A stretch of DNA of 64,000 nucleotides. It comes from Octopus vulgaris. Lineage: Eukaryota. The stretch is taken from assembly GCA_951406725.2 (NCBI GenBank), contig OX597840.1:14074001-14138000 (forward strand), read 5' to 3'. The notes beneath the pieces were generated by a model, which saw only the letters and a list, made by a program, of their open reading frames with translations, had not been told where the DNA came from and searched no databases. This document shows positions 50,603 to 63,589 of this stretch, in pieces; position 1 is the stretch's first letter, and every line of letters begins with the position of its first letter. The position numbers and the translations under genes were made by a program.

Positions 50603-51212
50603 ATAAACATTATTATTATTAATTTAACTTCAGTTATTTAGATACTGCGTGATCAATGTTTATTTTGTTAGTGAGTGGCAGGTATAAAGAGAGACGTGTA
50701 TATGTGTATATACATATATGATTTTGTGTTTGTATCAATACCTACAGCACTCTTTAAAAGTAAAACCAAGAGAGGCCCTAGACCTTCGAACAAAAACTAA
50801 TAATCTCGTACGCACCGTCAGCCATCTTGCACAATGATTGAATCCCGTGCATAGAGAGAAGATCAAATACACCTTCGAACAATGAACCTTCCACAAATCC
50901 TGAACGAATATCGTCTCAATTACAGCTACATACTGTGCACAAAATGTTTTCCCATTGGAAAATTCAAATGCAGAGGAATTTTTTCCCCCCTTATCGCTGA
51001 TATTTCAGTTTGTGTCATTTGGAGTTGTCGACGTTCAAGTATTACCGACTCCCCTCCACTATTTTGGGCTTCCAAGCGTCCTCGATAGATAGCGAAATTA
51101 ACTTAGCACATATCTGTGGAACTTATACTTACATCTTTTGCGTGTTGGGAATAGCGTTAGATTGCAGCCAAGTATCGGTGAATGGCTAAGAGCTTAATCC
51201 GTTACAGAGCTT

Positions 51213-51431
51213 AATCCGACTATCGCGGGTGTTACGTTCTCAAACACACCGCGATAGGTGACAATCCGCGAAGTAGAAACAGTACTGTATTGTATATATT
51301 TAAAAAATTATTTTTATAATTTGTATATATTCATTTTATTATAAATGCAAAACAACACCACGGAAGGATAGACGTAAGCTTAAATAATAAACGGCGATGG
51401 GTGAACCGCAATATGGCGAAGGATTACTGTA
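51213..51431. mobile_element. Tigger/pogo-like MITE
   Basis: Right end CCGCAATATGGCGAAGGATTACTG-TA; the damaged left end is TAATCCGACTATCGCGG. Confidence 0.6.
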
Positions 51432-52263
51432 TTCCAGTTTGTCGTAGTGGAGGAAACTTGTAACCATCCCAGTTTTATTGGCCAGGTATAATATGTTTTA
51501 CATTTTTTTAAAAAAGAAAGATGAGGTGTGATTTGGGTGAGATGTGCCTGTTACAGCTGGTCATACGTAGCATAGAGACCTTCAGCCTTCATGACAATTT
51601 TATTGCCATCATTATCATTAAATGTCCTTTTCCCATGCTTTGCAAATGGAACTTGGACTTACATGTAACACCTGCCCTTAAGACAAATGTATTCAACAGA
51701 AATGATACACTAATGAGTTGGAGCTTGAGAATAAGTTTTACTTAGTTATATTTTTATTCTCCAAAAATGGTTATAATTTTTGGAATTTGCACGATAAACT
51801 GCAATTATGTAGATATTTTCAATGAAACTGGATTGTATAATTATAAAAAAAATTAAGAGGGATTTTTACCCTATTTTATTTCAAGATTTGTATATCTTAA
51901 ATGGAAGATCTGAATAGTTAGTTTCGTGTCAACACGCCTCCAAATGTTTTGCATCTATCTAGCTTCTAATGGTTAATCTCTGATCTTTTTAACGATTGGA
52001 TTTTTCGAACCCATTTTTTTCGGAGAGTTTCCGTTGTCCATTTTTGCCCTTGCACAATTAGGCCTTCGTTCACGCCAGCCTTTACAAGTTTTCTTTTCAT
52101 CTGTCTTCATTAAATATACTTTTCCTTTTCTTTCTACTCTCTCATTTAGATATGTCTTTCATATTTTTCACATACACTTTTTCACTACTTTTTCTTTTCT
52201 TTTTTAACTAGCAAATTCGGTGGACGTAAAGAATGTAGACCGCAATCATTTTCGTAATTTTTC

Positions 52264-52571
52264 TTTACCGAATCCCCCATTTTCGAGTAGAGAGATTCTG
52301 GTTCTGCAAAAGAAGAAGAAGAAGAAAGAAAAAAAAAACGGCATTTTAAAATTTTAATTACCCCCACTCCAAAATTCTTCAATTTTCACTTTTTCAGAAA
52401 TTTTGTTATGTGAAATACGTAGAGAAATACGGAGATTATGATTCTAAAAAAATTTTCTGAAAAAAAAGTGAAAATTGAAGAATTTGGTTGGTAGGCGGAT
52501 TAATATTTTAAAACACCTTTTAGTTTTGTAGAATCAGAATCTCCGTACTCGAAAATGGGGGATTCTGTAAA
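52264..52571. repeat. ~308-bp foldback (palindromic MITE-like)
   Basis: Arms of ~120-140 bp: TTTACCGAATCCCCCATTTTCGAGTA... / ...TACTCGAAAATGGGGGATTCTGTAAA. Confidence 0.85.
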
Positions 52572-52898
52572 TTCTTTCTCACCAATTCTTTCTTACCATC
52601 TCTTACCTTATTTGGGGAACCACAATTACATTGTTAACCAATAATCTTCTCTCGTCTGAGCATTTAAGCATCTTTACTCTAATACTTCGAAATATCTTTC
52701 CTGTGTCCTTTTCTTTTCATAATTATCCGACGATCAGAACCGAAGAACTCAGGGTAATGGTATGTGAAGTTTCAGCTTCCATTGAAATACGCAAATGCCC
52801 CACGATGAGCAACAGGAGAAATTACATCTACCGCCTGTTTTGGAAATGATAGTATATCATTGTCACTGACGCACTTGGTACTCGACTGCCACAACGAC

Positions 52899-53070
52899 AA
52901 TGGCCCAGTGGTTAGGGCAGCGGACTCGCGGTCGTAAGAACGCGGTTTCGATTCCCAGACCGGGCATTGTGAGTGTTTATTGAGCAAAAACACCTAAGAT
53001 CCACGAGGCTCCGGAGGGGGGGGGGGGGCTGAACCCCGCTGTACTCTTTCACCACAACTTTCACTCTTTC
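52899..53070 (+). mobile_element. SINE family E, 3'-truncated
   Basis: Similar to 42232-42410. Confidence 0.8.
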
Positions 53071-53666
53071 TTCCTACTTCTGCCACAAAGCAGAGGAACC
53101 AGGGTGTAACCCACTATGGTGTGGTTAACTTTCAGACTCTAGTCTAGATTGCGAATCCTCTGTACCCCAAGATGGTTCAGCTCTCCACCCGTTAAAAGCC
53201 ACCGTTTACGGAATGAGGATAACAACGTGGCTTTCGCGCCCGTGCAACCGCCAGTCTATCGCGTGTGGTGGGTGGATCTTCAAGTTGCCACGAGTAGGCA
53301 CGAATTAGAGATTAGTCTTTGTGGCTAATGGCGTGAGTCCTGATTGGAAAAAGAAGACGACGACGACAACCGCCACCCAAGATTCACAGCTACATTGTTG
53401 GTGAAGATACCCGCACAGTAATGGTTTGCAGTGGTGTTGTACATTTTCCAGAGTCAGTCTTTTCTCTGTGATAGAGACAAATCTAGTGGTAGGGGTGATC
53501 CAATTCGATTGGTATCTCCTCTCAGCTGCCAAAGGTTATAGGAAACCATCTGAAGCCTGACCGTCACATCTCTCGTTTCTTTCCTTCTCAGAATGTACTC
53601 TTTCAGCCTTTGGAAATAATTCCTCTTGTAATCTCCCATAAACTTTAAAAAAAATATTACAAAGGC

Positions 53667-54060
53667 GTTGGAGTGGCTGTGTGGTAAGTAGCTTGCTTAT
53701 CAACCGCATGGTCCCGGGTTCAGTCCCACTGCGTGGCATCTTGGGCAAGTGTCTTCTACTATAGCCCCGGGCCGCCCAAAGCCTTGTGAGTGGACTTGGT
53801 AGACGGAAACTGAAAGAAGCTCGTTCGTATATATGTATATGTGTGTGTGTGTCTGTGTTTGTACCCTCCCCCCCAACATCGCTTGACAACTGATGCTGGT
53901 GTGTTTACGTCCTCGTAACTTAGCGGTTCGGCAAAAGAGACCGATAGAATAAGTACTAGGCTTACAAAGAATAAGTCCTGGGGTCGATTTGCTTAACTAA
54001 AGGCGGTGCTCCAGCATGGCCACAGTCAAATGACTGAAACAAGTAAAAGAGTAAGAGTAA
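53667..54060 (+). mobile_element. SINE family B, well preserved
   Basis: Full head, core and tail; CpGs retained. Confidence 0.9.
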
Positions 54061-54321
54061 ATGGTGGAAAATTGATTACTCACCATTTCTTATAATAATA
54101 ATCATGAGGAAGTCATAAAGGTTAGGAATTTCTGTTAAAAAAGCTTCGTTTCTGTGTTGTGTATATTCCTGTCCCAGTCTGCTGATGTTAAGGCCTAAAT
54201 TGCTTAACTCTATGAAATTTGCCTAACCTTGGGACGTGAATATACAGAATACAAGAATTCTTAATTCTTATGACTTTCTCATTATTATTATAAGACATGG
54301 TAGGAAATCAACTTCCCACCA
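54061..54321. mobile_element. Palindromic MITE; partial second copy at 54676-54836
   Basis: ATGGTGGAAAATTGATT..ACCATTTCTTATAATAATAAT pairs with the reverse complement of the right end; 54161-54321 is duplicated at 54676-54836. Confidence 0.8.
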
Positions 54322-54668
54322 TTCTTTCGTTTGTTTGTCACTTGACTGCAGCCATGCTGGAGCACTGCCTTTAGTTGAACAAATCGACCCCTATCAGTCT
54401 CTTTTGCCAAACTGCTAAATTACGGAGATGTAAACACACCAACATCGGTTGTCAAGCAATGGTGGTGGGGAAAAACACTGACACACACACACATATATAT
54501 GTATACGACGTGCTTCTTCCAGTTTCCGTCTACCAAATCCACTCACAAGGCTTTGGTCAGCCCGAGACTAGAGTAGAAGACACTAGCCCAAGGTGTCACG
54601 CAGTGGGACTGAACCCGGAACCATGTGGTTGGTAAGCAAGCTACTTACCACACATCCACTTCTATGCC
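54322..54668 (-). mobile_element. SINE family B
   Basis: Reverse complement of 53667-54060 with an internal deletion. Confidence 0.88.
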
Positions 54669-55513
54669 TATTATGTATATTCCTGTCCCAGTTTGCTAAT
54701 GTTAAGGCCTAAATTGCCTAACTCTATGAAATTTGCCCAACTTTGGGACGTGAATATACAGAATACAGAAATTCTTAATTTTTATGTTTTTCTCATCATT
54801 ACTATAAGACATGGTAGGAAATCAATTTCCCTCCATGTGTAATATTAAAAAAAAAATCAAAGGGGTGTACAAAAGGAAAGCTTTCCCACAAGGCAACAAG
54901 TTTGTGTAGACAAGTTGTTTGTAGTACGGCCAAGGACCCCTATCTACTCCTTTCCTCTACAGATATTCTTAGAAGTAGGGATCTATTAGTCCTAAAGTGC
55001 TTTTGCAGGGATTTTTGATAACCGTTTTGATTATTTCTATGATCCAACCCCACCTCACCCCGCACTATCTCTGCAGTGTCGTTGATCCTTTATCGGGTTC
55101 ATCCACCCTTATGAGAGTTCTTTTTCCCAGATGGGTTTCTGGTAACTTTCCTCACCTGGGTAGAATGGTTCTCGGGGAGTGGGAGGGGGATGTCGCTGAC
55201 AACCCTTTCATGTCACAGGTTCTATTCCGTTATTATGTCGTTACTAGCAACATTCACACACACACACTCATAAGTGTATAGGTGTGACTGCCTCCTTGGC
55301 CTTTTGTGTACGTCTATATGTGTGTGTGTGTGTGTGTATCTGTGCATGTGTGTGTGTGGGGGTATCTACATCTATGCGTGTACACACACATACAATAAAT
55401 ACACAGATATATGAAATCCACTTGTTGATCATTTAGCTTCTCCCTCACCGTCGACGAAACCCGCACCATCATCATAATCATCGTCATCACCGTGACAAGT
55501 GTCCATCGGCTCT

Positions 55514-55537
55514 GCCACCACCACCACCACCACCACC

Positions 55538-55571
<34 letters not shown>

Positions 55572-55675
55572 TCATCATTGTCATCGTCATATTCATCCTA
55601 TTGACGTTGTTGCTGCTGCTGCTACTGATGGTGCTGCAGTTCTTGTTATTATTACTACTGTTGTTGTTGTTGTCG
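55514..55675. repeat. (CAC)n(CAT)n...(GTT/GCT)n trinucleotide cluster
   Basis: Direct inspection. Confidence 0.9.
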
Positions 55676-55869
55676 TTCCGTTTGTTGCTCCAAGTGTTGA
55701 CGGAGTAGATGGTTTCTCCATAACACTTATCGTCACAGATCGTTCTATACCACGGATTTATACGCACACACATACATACACATACATTCATTCATACTTA
55801 CACACATATATACACACACAGACATATATATATGTACATAAACACACATTCAATTATTACATTATAGCT

Positions 55870-55919
<50 letters not shown>

Positions 55920-56869
55920 ATCATACACAAGCACGCATAATTACAAGCAAACCGCTCACACATACACAAATGCAAAGTACGCGCATCTAATTTTTAAACT
56001 ATACACATACACACACCCGCACATACATACATACATTATATATATATACACACACCTATATTTACCTATCTACGTATACATATACCTACATATTTGTATA
56101 CATACACATTTATAACTTGGTTAGAATATTTACAAATTTACTACCACTTGTCGACGGCGGCGGCGGTTACTACTACTACTATTACTACTACTACTACTGG
56201 GTTAAGCTGGTATTAGTCGTGGTGGTCATATAGTTTTCATTCAAACGGGAGAGAAAAAAAATCTAAGCACTATCGTACGAAAAAAAACAAAAAAGTATTT
56301 TACAAAACAAAGATTATCAAATATAAAACGGGACACACACACACCCACACACATACACGCACGCGCTCAAACACATTCACACACCTTTTCTACCTATCCG
56401 TTGACAACGAAAACCGTACACATTCATTCATTCATACAATATCATTCAATAGCAATTATATATATATACGTACACACACACACACAGATTGACAGACACA
56501 TACACACACACATGCTCACACTTTCACATATATGTGTATGCACACGCACAAACACACACACTAATACACAATAACGACAGTATATATATAATACACGCTC
56601 ACACTTAGGTATCGGCACTTACACATACATGTACACACACACACACACACAACAATTATTTCTCCAATAACAACTACTACAACACCGAGGAGTAATTCTA
56701 TTAACCGGATTCGGAAGATCTGAGGAGTATCTATAAAGTGGATAAAGAGAGGAAATAATCCAGGAGTATCTGTCACGGGAAGAAAGGAGTAATTACGAAA
56801 TATTATGAAACTGTTTACTGAAGGTAGGTACTTGATGGTGTTGGTGGTGACGTGTGATGTTTCGTCCAG

Positions 56870-58140
56870 GTCCGTCCTGAACGATCAGACCGATGATCAA
56901 AGGTATTCCAACCGTGGCCATCGCTTGTTTTCCCCTCTATCCACGGAGCCCAGGACTATATTAATCTAACTTGTTCTTTACTAAGATGTAAGGTGTGATT
57001 TGTGTGAGATTTCATTGTTGTTTCTAGCAGGCCCGACACCCGCGTAAACCTATTGTTTTTGTTGTTTAAAAACCCTGTCAGCATTGATTTTACAGATTTT
57101 TGATGAAAGACAATCCATCCAACCGGGACCTCTCGTCTTTTTTGCAGCCATAGTATATCAAGGACTACATTAGCTAATGTGACCCTCGTTCTTTTAAAAT
57201 GCTAGAAAGTGTTTCGAATGAGTTTTGACTTATTTCTAGCATCTCTAACATCGCCATAGAAGCTCTCGTGTTATCGATGTTTTTATAGCTGCTTAGCTCC
57301 CGGTCAGACTTGATCCAGCTGATCCTATCTTCAGAGACCTTCCGACCGTGCCTATATCTTCCTATTTTTAACCAATAGTATACCACCGGACCCCCAGTGT
57401 GTCTATTAAGACGATAGGATGTAGAATTAGCTGCTATTTCTAACAGGTCGAGCAATTGCGTTGAGGCTCCCTCTTTGTTATTGTTGTCAGTCCCAGTCGA
57501 AATCCATTCCAACCGTGACCATTTCGTTACTATCGTTTTTTTTCTTCCTGTGTGTAACGAACCCAGGGTCCTATTCTAAGACTGTAGGCCATGATTTAAT
57601 GATTTAGCTGCTATTTCTAGCACGTCGAGCGACCACATAGCTCTCTCTCTCTCGATTTCATGTATGGTGGTGTGGTGGTGTCAGCTGTAATGTTTTTTTT
57701 TTCTTCTGGCCTGATCTAGCAGACCTCTCTGTGATCAAAGACACTCCAACCATGACTGTCCCATCGTCTTTCTAAGTGCAACGGCCCCAGGACCACATTA
57801 TCAGTGAGTTGGGGAAGATTTTTGGCTGTAGGTTGGGTGTTGTATTCATCACCTACCTGTTGCTGAGATTGTCTGTGGTCGTAGTAGTAGTGGTGGTCGT
57901 TGTTGTTGTTGTCGAGAATCGTGATGTTGTTTCATCCCAGATCAGCCCTAATTTTTGATTTTTTTCAGTCTTCTAGTCAAAAAGCGTTCTTGCCGTGACT
58001 CTCCCGTCTTCAGAAGTATACAAAACGATGTTATACGATGTCCTCTTTTCCTCTTCCCCAATTCAATAGTGTGTGTGATGTGATGTGATTTGAGGGGCAT
58101 TTGGCTGCGATTTCTAGCAGTCCAGACGACCAGGTAGAGA
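56870..58140 (+). repeat. Tandem array of ~6 diverged ~190-bp units (GATCAAAGG.ATTCCAACCGTGACC ... GATTTAGCTGCTATTTCTAGCAG)
   Basis: Both motifs recur with a ~200-bp period; single copies are dispersed elsewhere in the window. Confidence 0.7.
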
Positions 58141-59419
58141 ACTGTGTTTTCGTGTAGGGGCTTTGACGAATGTTGTAATTTTTTGTGTTGTTGTATGGCG
58201 CTAGAGCCGAATGTACGAAGTGCAGTTGGTGTCAGGGTTTGGAGAGCAGAGAGAGAGAGAGAGAGATGGAGATGATGATGATGGTGAGTGAAGATGATAA
58301 TGATGACCATTGATGTTTATGATGATAGTAACGGGAGTGATAAGGACGATAATATTGATAATGATCTGATCTTCGTTGTAGTAATGATGATGCTGATAGT
58401 AATAGCGATGATAATATTGATGATGATGATGATGATAATGGTGGTGGCATAATGGTAATGAGTTGGTTGTGGAGGACGGTGACGATGTGTTTCTGTGTGT
58501 GTGTTTAAAGTTGTGTTAATTGCTTTAGGGTTTCTGGCATAGTAATGTGGTGAAGTGGCACGAAGGGTTAATGTGTGCTGTTGTAGTTGTTGTTGGACCA
58601 ATCTTTGTTCTGTTCATAAATATTTCGGTACCAGTGGGGGTGGGGTGGGGAGAGCGGATTAGAATGATGATGATGCCATTCTCCCAACACACCTGCCTGG
58701 GGGGTGGGGAGCCTCTACTTGTGTGTTAAAACTTGCTAGAAATAGTAACCAAAGCTACCTGAAATCAGACTCTATTGTCATTTTATTTTTTTTCTTTGAA
58801 AGAAACATTTGATAATGCAGTGTTGGGTTCCCTGCATGTAAGAAGAAAAAAAAAATGACGAGATGGTTATGGTTGGAATGTCTTTGACCCATGACCAACT
58901 CAATCAGAGATGACCTGAGGTTAAACAGCAACAACAGCAACAACCATCTCTTACAAAGCAACCCCTCTTCATCCCTTCACAGTCTGGTCCCTTATACAAG
59001 GTGCCACCACAATTCCACTTACTTAAAACCACTGTCCTGCTCTGGACAACATATGAACACCACCACCACCACCACCTTCACCACTGCTATTCACCCCTCC
59101 TCCAATGCTCTTCCTACAGCAGTCACCATTTCAATAACAGCCACAGAATAATGAAAATAACCATTTATTCCATTCATTGCTTTACAATCATCTGTTTTCT
59201 TCATTCTATATCTCTATCTTACTCCACTCACCCCCCTCTCTCTCTCTATATATATATATGTTTATATGTATATGTGAAACTGTGTCTACCTTTTTGCTTA
59301 CCTGTCTTCATGTTCATACACCTGTCCAAATGTCTATAGACCGGCCACCTTATCTGTGTATACCTGTCTATCAAATTATCAGTCTATCTGCTGATTATTT
59401 TGTTTGTCTGTTTGTGTGT

Positions 59420-59464
59420 GTGTTAATATGTGTATGTGTGTAGACGCACACATATATTTACATA

Positions 59465-59511
<47 letters not shown>

Positions 59512-59617
59512 ATGTGTGCCTGAAAGATACTGTCTCTATACATAGACACACTTTCTTGTCAGCTGAAGAATTAAACAACCAAAGATACACATACGCGCAC
59601 ACACACACACACACATG

Positions 59618-59648
<31 letters not shown>

Positions 59649-59990
59649 ATACATACATACACACTTATACATACATATACATACATACATACATACACAC
59701 TTATACATACATACATACATACATACATACACACTTATACATACATATACATACATACATACATACACACTTATACATACATACACACTTATACATACAT
59801 ACATATACATACATACATACATACATACACACACACTTATACATACATATACATACATACATATACACACATACATACACACATACATACACATACATAC
59901 ACACACACACACACACACATACACATACACACACACATACATACATACATACATACACACACATACATACACACATACATACATACATTT
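59420..59990. repeat. (TACA)/(CA)/(TA) compound microsatellite
   Basis: Direct inspection. Confidence 0.95.
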
Positions 59991-61823
59991 CCTCTCACTC
60001 GCACAGTTTCTCTTATATCTTAGAAACTACATCAGTCGCTCGAGTTCAATAACTGATGCACCTTCTTGGCAAATAATAACATTTTATAAATCCTCTATTT
60101 TATGTTCTCGCCTCTGCTTCCAGTTATACAACCAACACACACACACACACATAAATACATATACATATATATATATGTGGTGTGTGTGTGTGTATGAATA
60201 TATATGTGTATATATAGATATTTTATCCACTTACATAAACATATCCATTCATATTAGAACAGGTAGAGAAGCACACACAAACACATTCATTCTGTAAGGT
60301 ATTAAGTTTGAGCCAGTGAACATTTAATATCTTCCATACCACTGCTGCCGCTGCCGCTGGTGATGCCACCACCACCACCATCATCATCATCATCCAAACC
60401 ATCTACTTGGACCGTCAAGTTATCTGTTGCTTGCTCACCTGTACAACTGTTACTACTCCTCCTGTATGTTATCACACCTGTAAATATTAGGATAACCTCA
60501 GCTCTGATGGACACACAAACACACTGCAGTCACAAGTATGCACACTTGCACATGCATCACCTAACCAGCACTGCACACACACACACACATACACACATAC
60601 ACACACACACTTAACTAATGTTATACTGTCCTATATAACCTATGCTATGATTTGAGCTGGTAGAAATAGTAGGCAACTCCCTCATATCAAACCTTACTAG
60701 CTTAAAAATTGGGAACCATATGAGATAATGTAGTACTAGATACAGAAAAGATGGGATGGTCATGGCTGGAAGGTTTTTAATATAGATCTACTGAATCAGC
60801 TGACCTGAGACAAAACAACAACAACAATACAAATAATAACATCAAAGTTTTGCGTTGCTACACGGAGGTTTCAAACTGAATGAGATTCAGTGTGTATATA
60901 TACATATATATACATAGATACATGTGTATATACATATATATATACAAAGCAAAACTATGATGTTATTATTAGTATTGTTGTTGTTGTTTTATAGTATATA
61001 TATATATATATATATATATCAGAGCAGTGCCCCAGCATGGCCACAGCTCTTGGCCTGAAATTAGTTCAGTTCAATTCGTGTGTGTGTGTGTGTGCATGCG
61101 TAGAGAGGAATGAGTGTATAAAATATGTAAGTTTAATTGGGTGTGGATGTAGTGTTTTAACTGAAGGGCAGGACAGGTGGTTGGACAGCTCTTTGAGTAA
61201 AAGCATCTCACCAGTGACCATTCCATGTTATTTTCCATTATAATGGATCTAGATCCACTTCACATAATATTGGAATTTTCCCAAGTTACTAGAGTGTATA
61301 TGAATGAGTTGAAGCAGACTTTTGCTGCTTGTTCTAGCATGTCAAATGACTGTCTAAAGGTTCATTCCTTTCCTGACACCCATCACTTGACAGCATTGCT
61401 TAGATTATACAAGAATGTTGGGTGAAATCAGTCAGTGGGGACAGAGAAACGATGGTGCTGACGAGGGGGACGAAGTGAGCCCTAGGGGCAAAAGAATCAG
61501 AAGGGCAGGTGGGTAGAAGCTGTAAGGGTGTTTGGAGGGATTGAGTGATGGTTAGAAATGGGAAATAGGGGCAAATATACTGAATAATGAACAAGGGTTG
61601 TAGTAGGGGCAGCGGGTGGTGATCAGAATGGAATGAAAGGTAGGGGCGAGTAGGTGATGACTATATAGAAGGAAAAATATAATGAATGAGTTGAGTGGCA
61701 GGTGAGGGAGAGTAGGTGATGACAGGCAGGAGCAAGGGTGAAGAACAGATTAATAAATAATACAATAGGCAAAAGATGGATGAGTGAAAAGGTGATTATA
61801 TATATATACACACACACATATAT

Positions 61824-62190
61824 AGTGGCTGTGTGGTAAAAGGTTTTTTTCCCAACCACATGGTCCAGGGTTCAGTCCCACTGTGTGGCATGTTGGGGAA
61901 GTATCTTCTATCATGAGTGGATTTGATAAATGGAAACTGAAAGAAGCCCATCATATATATATATAGGTGTGTGTGTGTTTGTGTCTTTGTGAGTGTGTTT
62001 GTCCCCTCCCCCACCATCACTTGATAACTGATGTTGGTGTGTTTCATCCCTATGAATTAGCGGTTCGGCAAAAGAGACCGATAGAATAAGTACTAGGCTT
62101 ACAAAGTCCTGGGTTTGATTTCTTTGACTAAAAGACTTTAAGGCAGTGCTCCAGCATGGCTGCAGTCCAAGACAAGTGAAAGTATAAAAG
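61824..62190 (+). mobile_element. SINE family B
   Basis: Multicopy similarity; CpG-decayed. Confidence 0.85.
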
Positions 62191-62217
62191 AATATATAGT
62201 ATTTATGATATATATAA

Positions 62218-62272
<55 letters not shown>

Positions 62273-62659
62273 TTTATACATCAAATGTGTGTGTGTCTAA
62301 TGAAACATAGAAATGTGTGCCTGTGCACAGAAACACACACACAACACATTGCCGCTCTCTCACAGACAACTATCTTCTCATGATGTATACACATATACAC
62401 AAGCGCACATGTGATGTATTCAAACAGGTGCTACTTGTCGCATCACTCCCACCATCTCTACGCTTTTTATACGGTCTATAAAAACTGACACACACACACA
62501 CACACACACATATATGTGTGTGTGTGTATGTGTATGCTTGTATCTACGTATACACACAGCGTTCTATGGTAATAGTTTAGGACACATCTTAGCCATCAGA
62601 TTATATGTTTCTGTATTCATATCTATCATTTCCTCTAATTGTTACTTTATTGCTTTTAA

Positions 62660-62743
62660 ATATGTGTGTAATATATATATGTGTGTGTGTGTATATATAT
62701 ACGCACACACATACATACATACATACATATATATGTATGTATG

Positions 62744-62776
<33 letters not shown>

Positions 62777-62980
62777 GTATGTATATATGTATGTATATGT
62801 ATATGTATATATGTATGTATATGTATATGTATATATGTATGTATGTATGTATATGTATGTATGTATGTATATCTATATATATATATAGATATACATACAT
62901 ACATACATACATGCACACACATATATCTATATATATACTTTTTGTATGTGTATTTGTGTGTGTGTGTGTGTATATATATA
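62660..62980. repeat. (TATG)/(TA) microsatellite
   Basis: Direct inspection. Confidence 0.95.
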
Positions 62981-63060
62981 TCATCATCACTTAATGTCTA
63001 TTCTCCGTGCTGACATGGGTTGGACTCATTCACATATTATATATAAATATATATTTATTC

Positions 63061-63097
<37 letters not shown>

Positions 63098-63589
63098 CTC
63101 TTTGCGTGTGTACAGACACATACACACACATACACATAATCACATATACATTAATATAAACACTGAAAAATTGTTTGATGAAAATGAATATAAGAGATGT
63201 ATGTGCCTAGAACACACATATACACACTGTGTTTGACGTACAAACATAAATGCAGGTAACATTGCCTGCCAATCACAGGTGAATATGACTGTATAGATCC
63301 ATCGATCTTTATTTCATCTTTCATTCTTTTATTCTGTCATTCCTTCATACACTCACCTGTTTATCACTATCTTATTTACCTGGCCTCTCCTGTCGTCTCT
63401 CTGCAGTTTTACTGTAGCTCTATATATATATATATATATATACACATATCTATACACACTCACACCGACACATACACAATTGTGAATATATATGTCATCA
63501 TCATTTTAACGACTACTTTTCCATGCTTTCATGGGTCAGGTGAGAGAGAGAGTATGTTGGGGCACTTTTCTATGACCAAATGCTCTCAC

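Noticed and set aside
55492-55920. Poly-His protein ORF
   Set aside because: Produced by (CAC)n(CAT)n and runs into CA/TA microsatellites.
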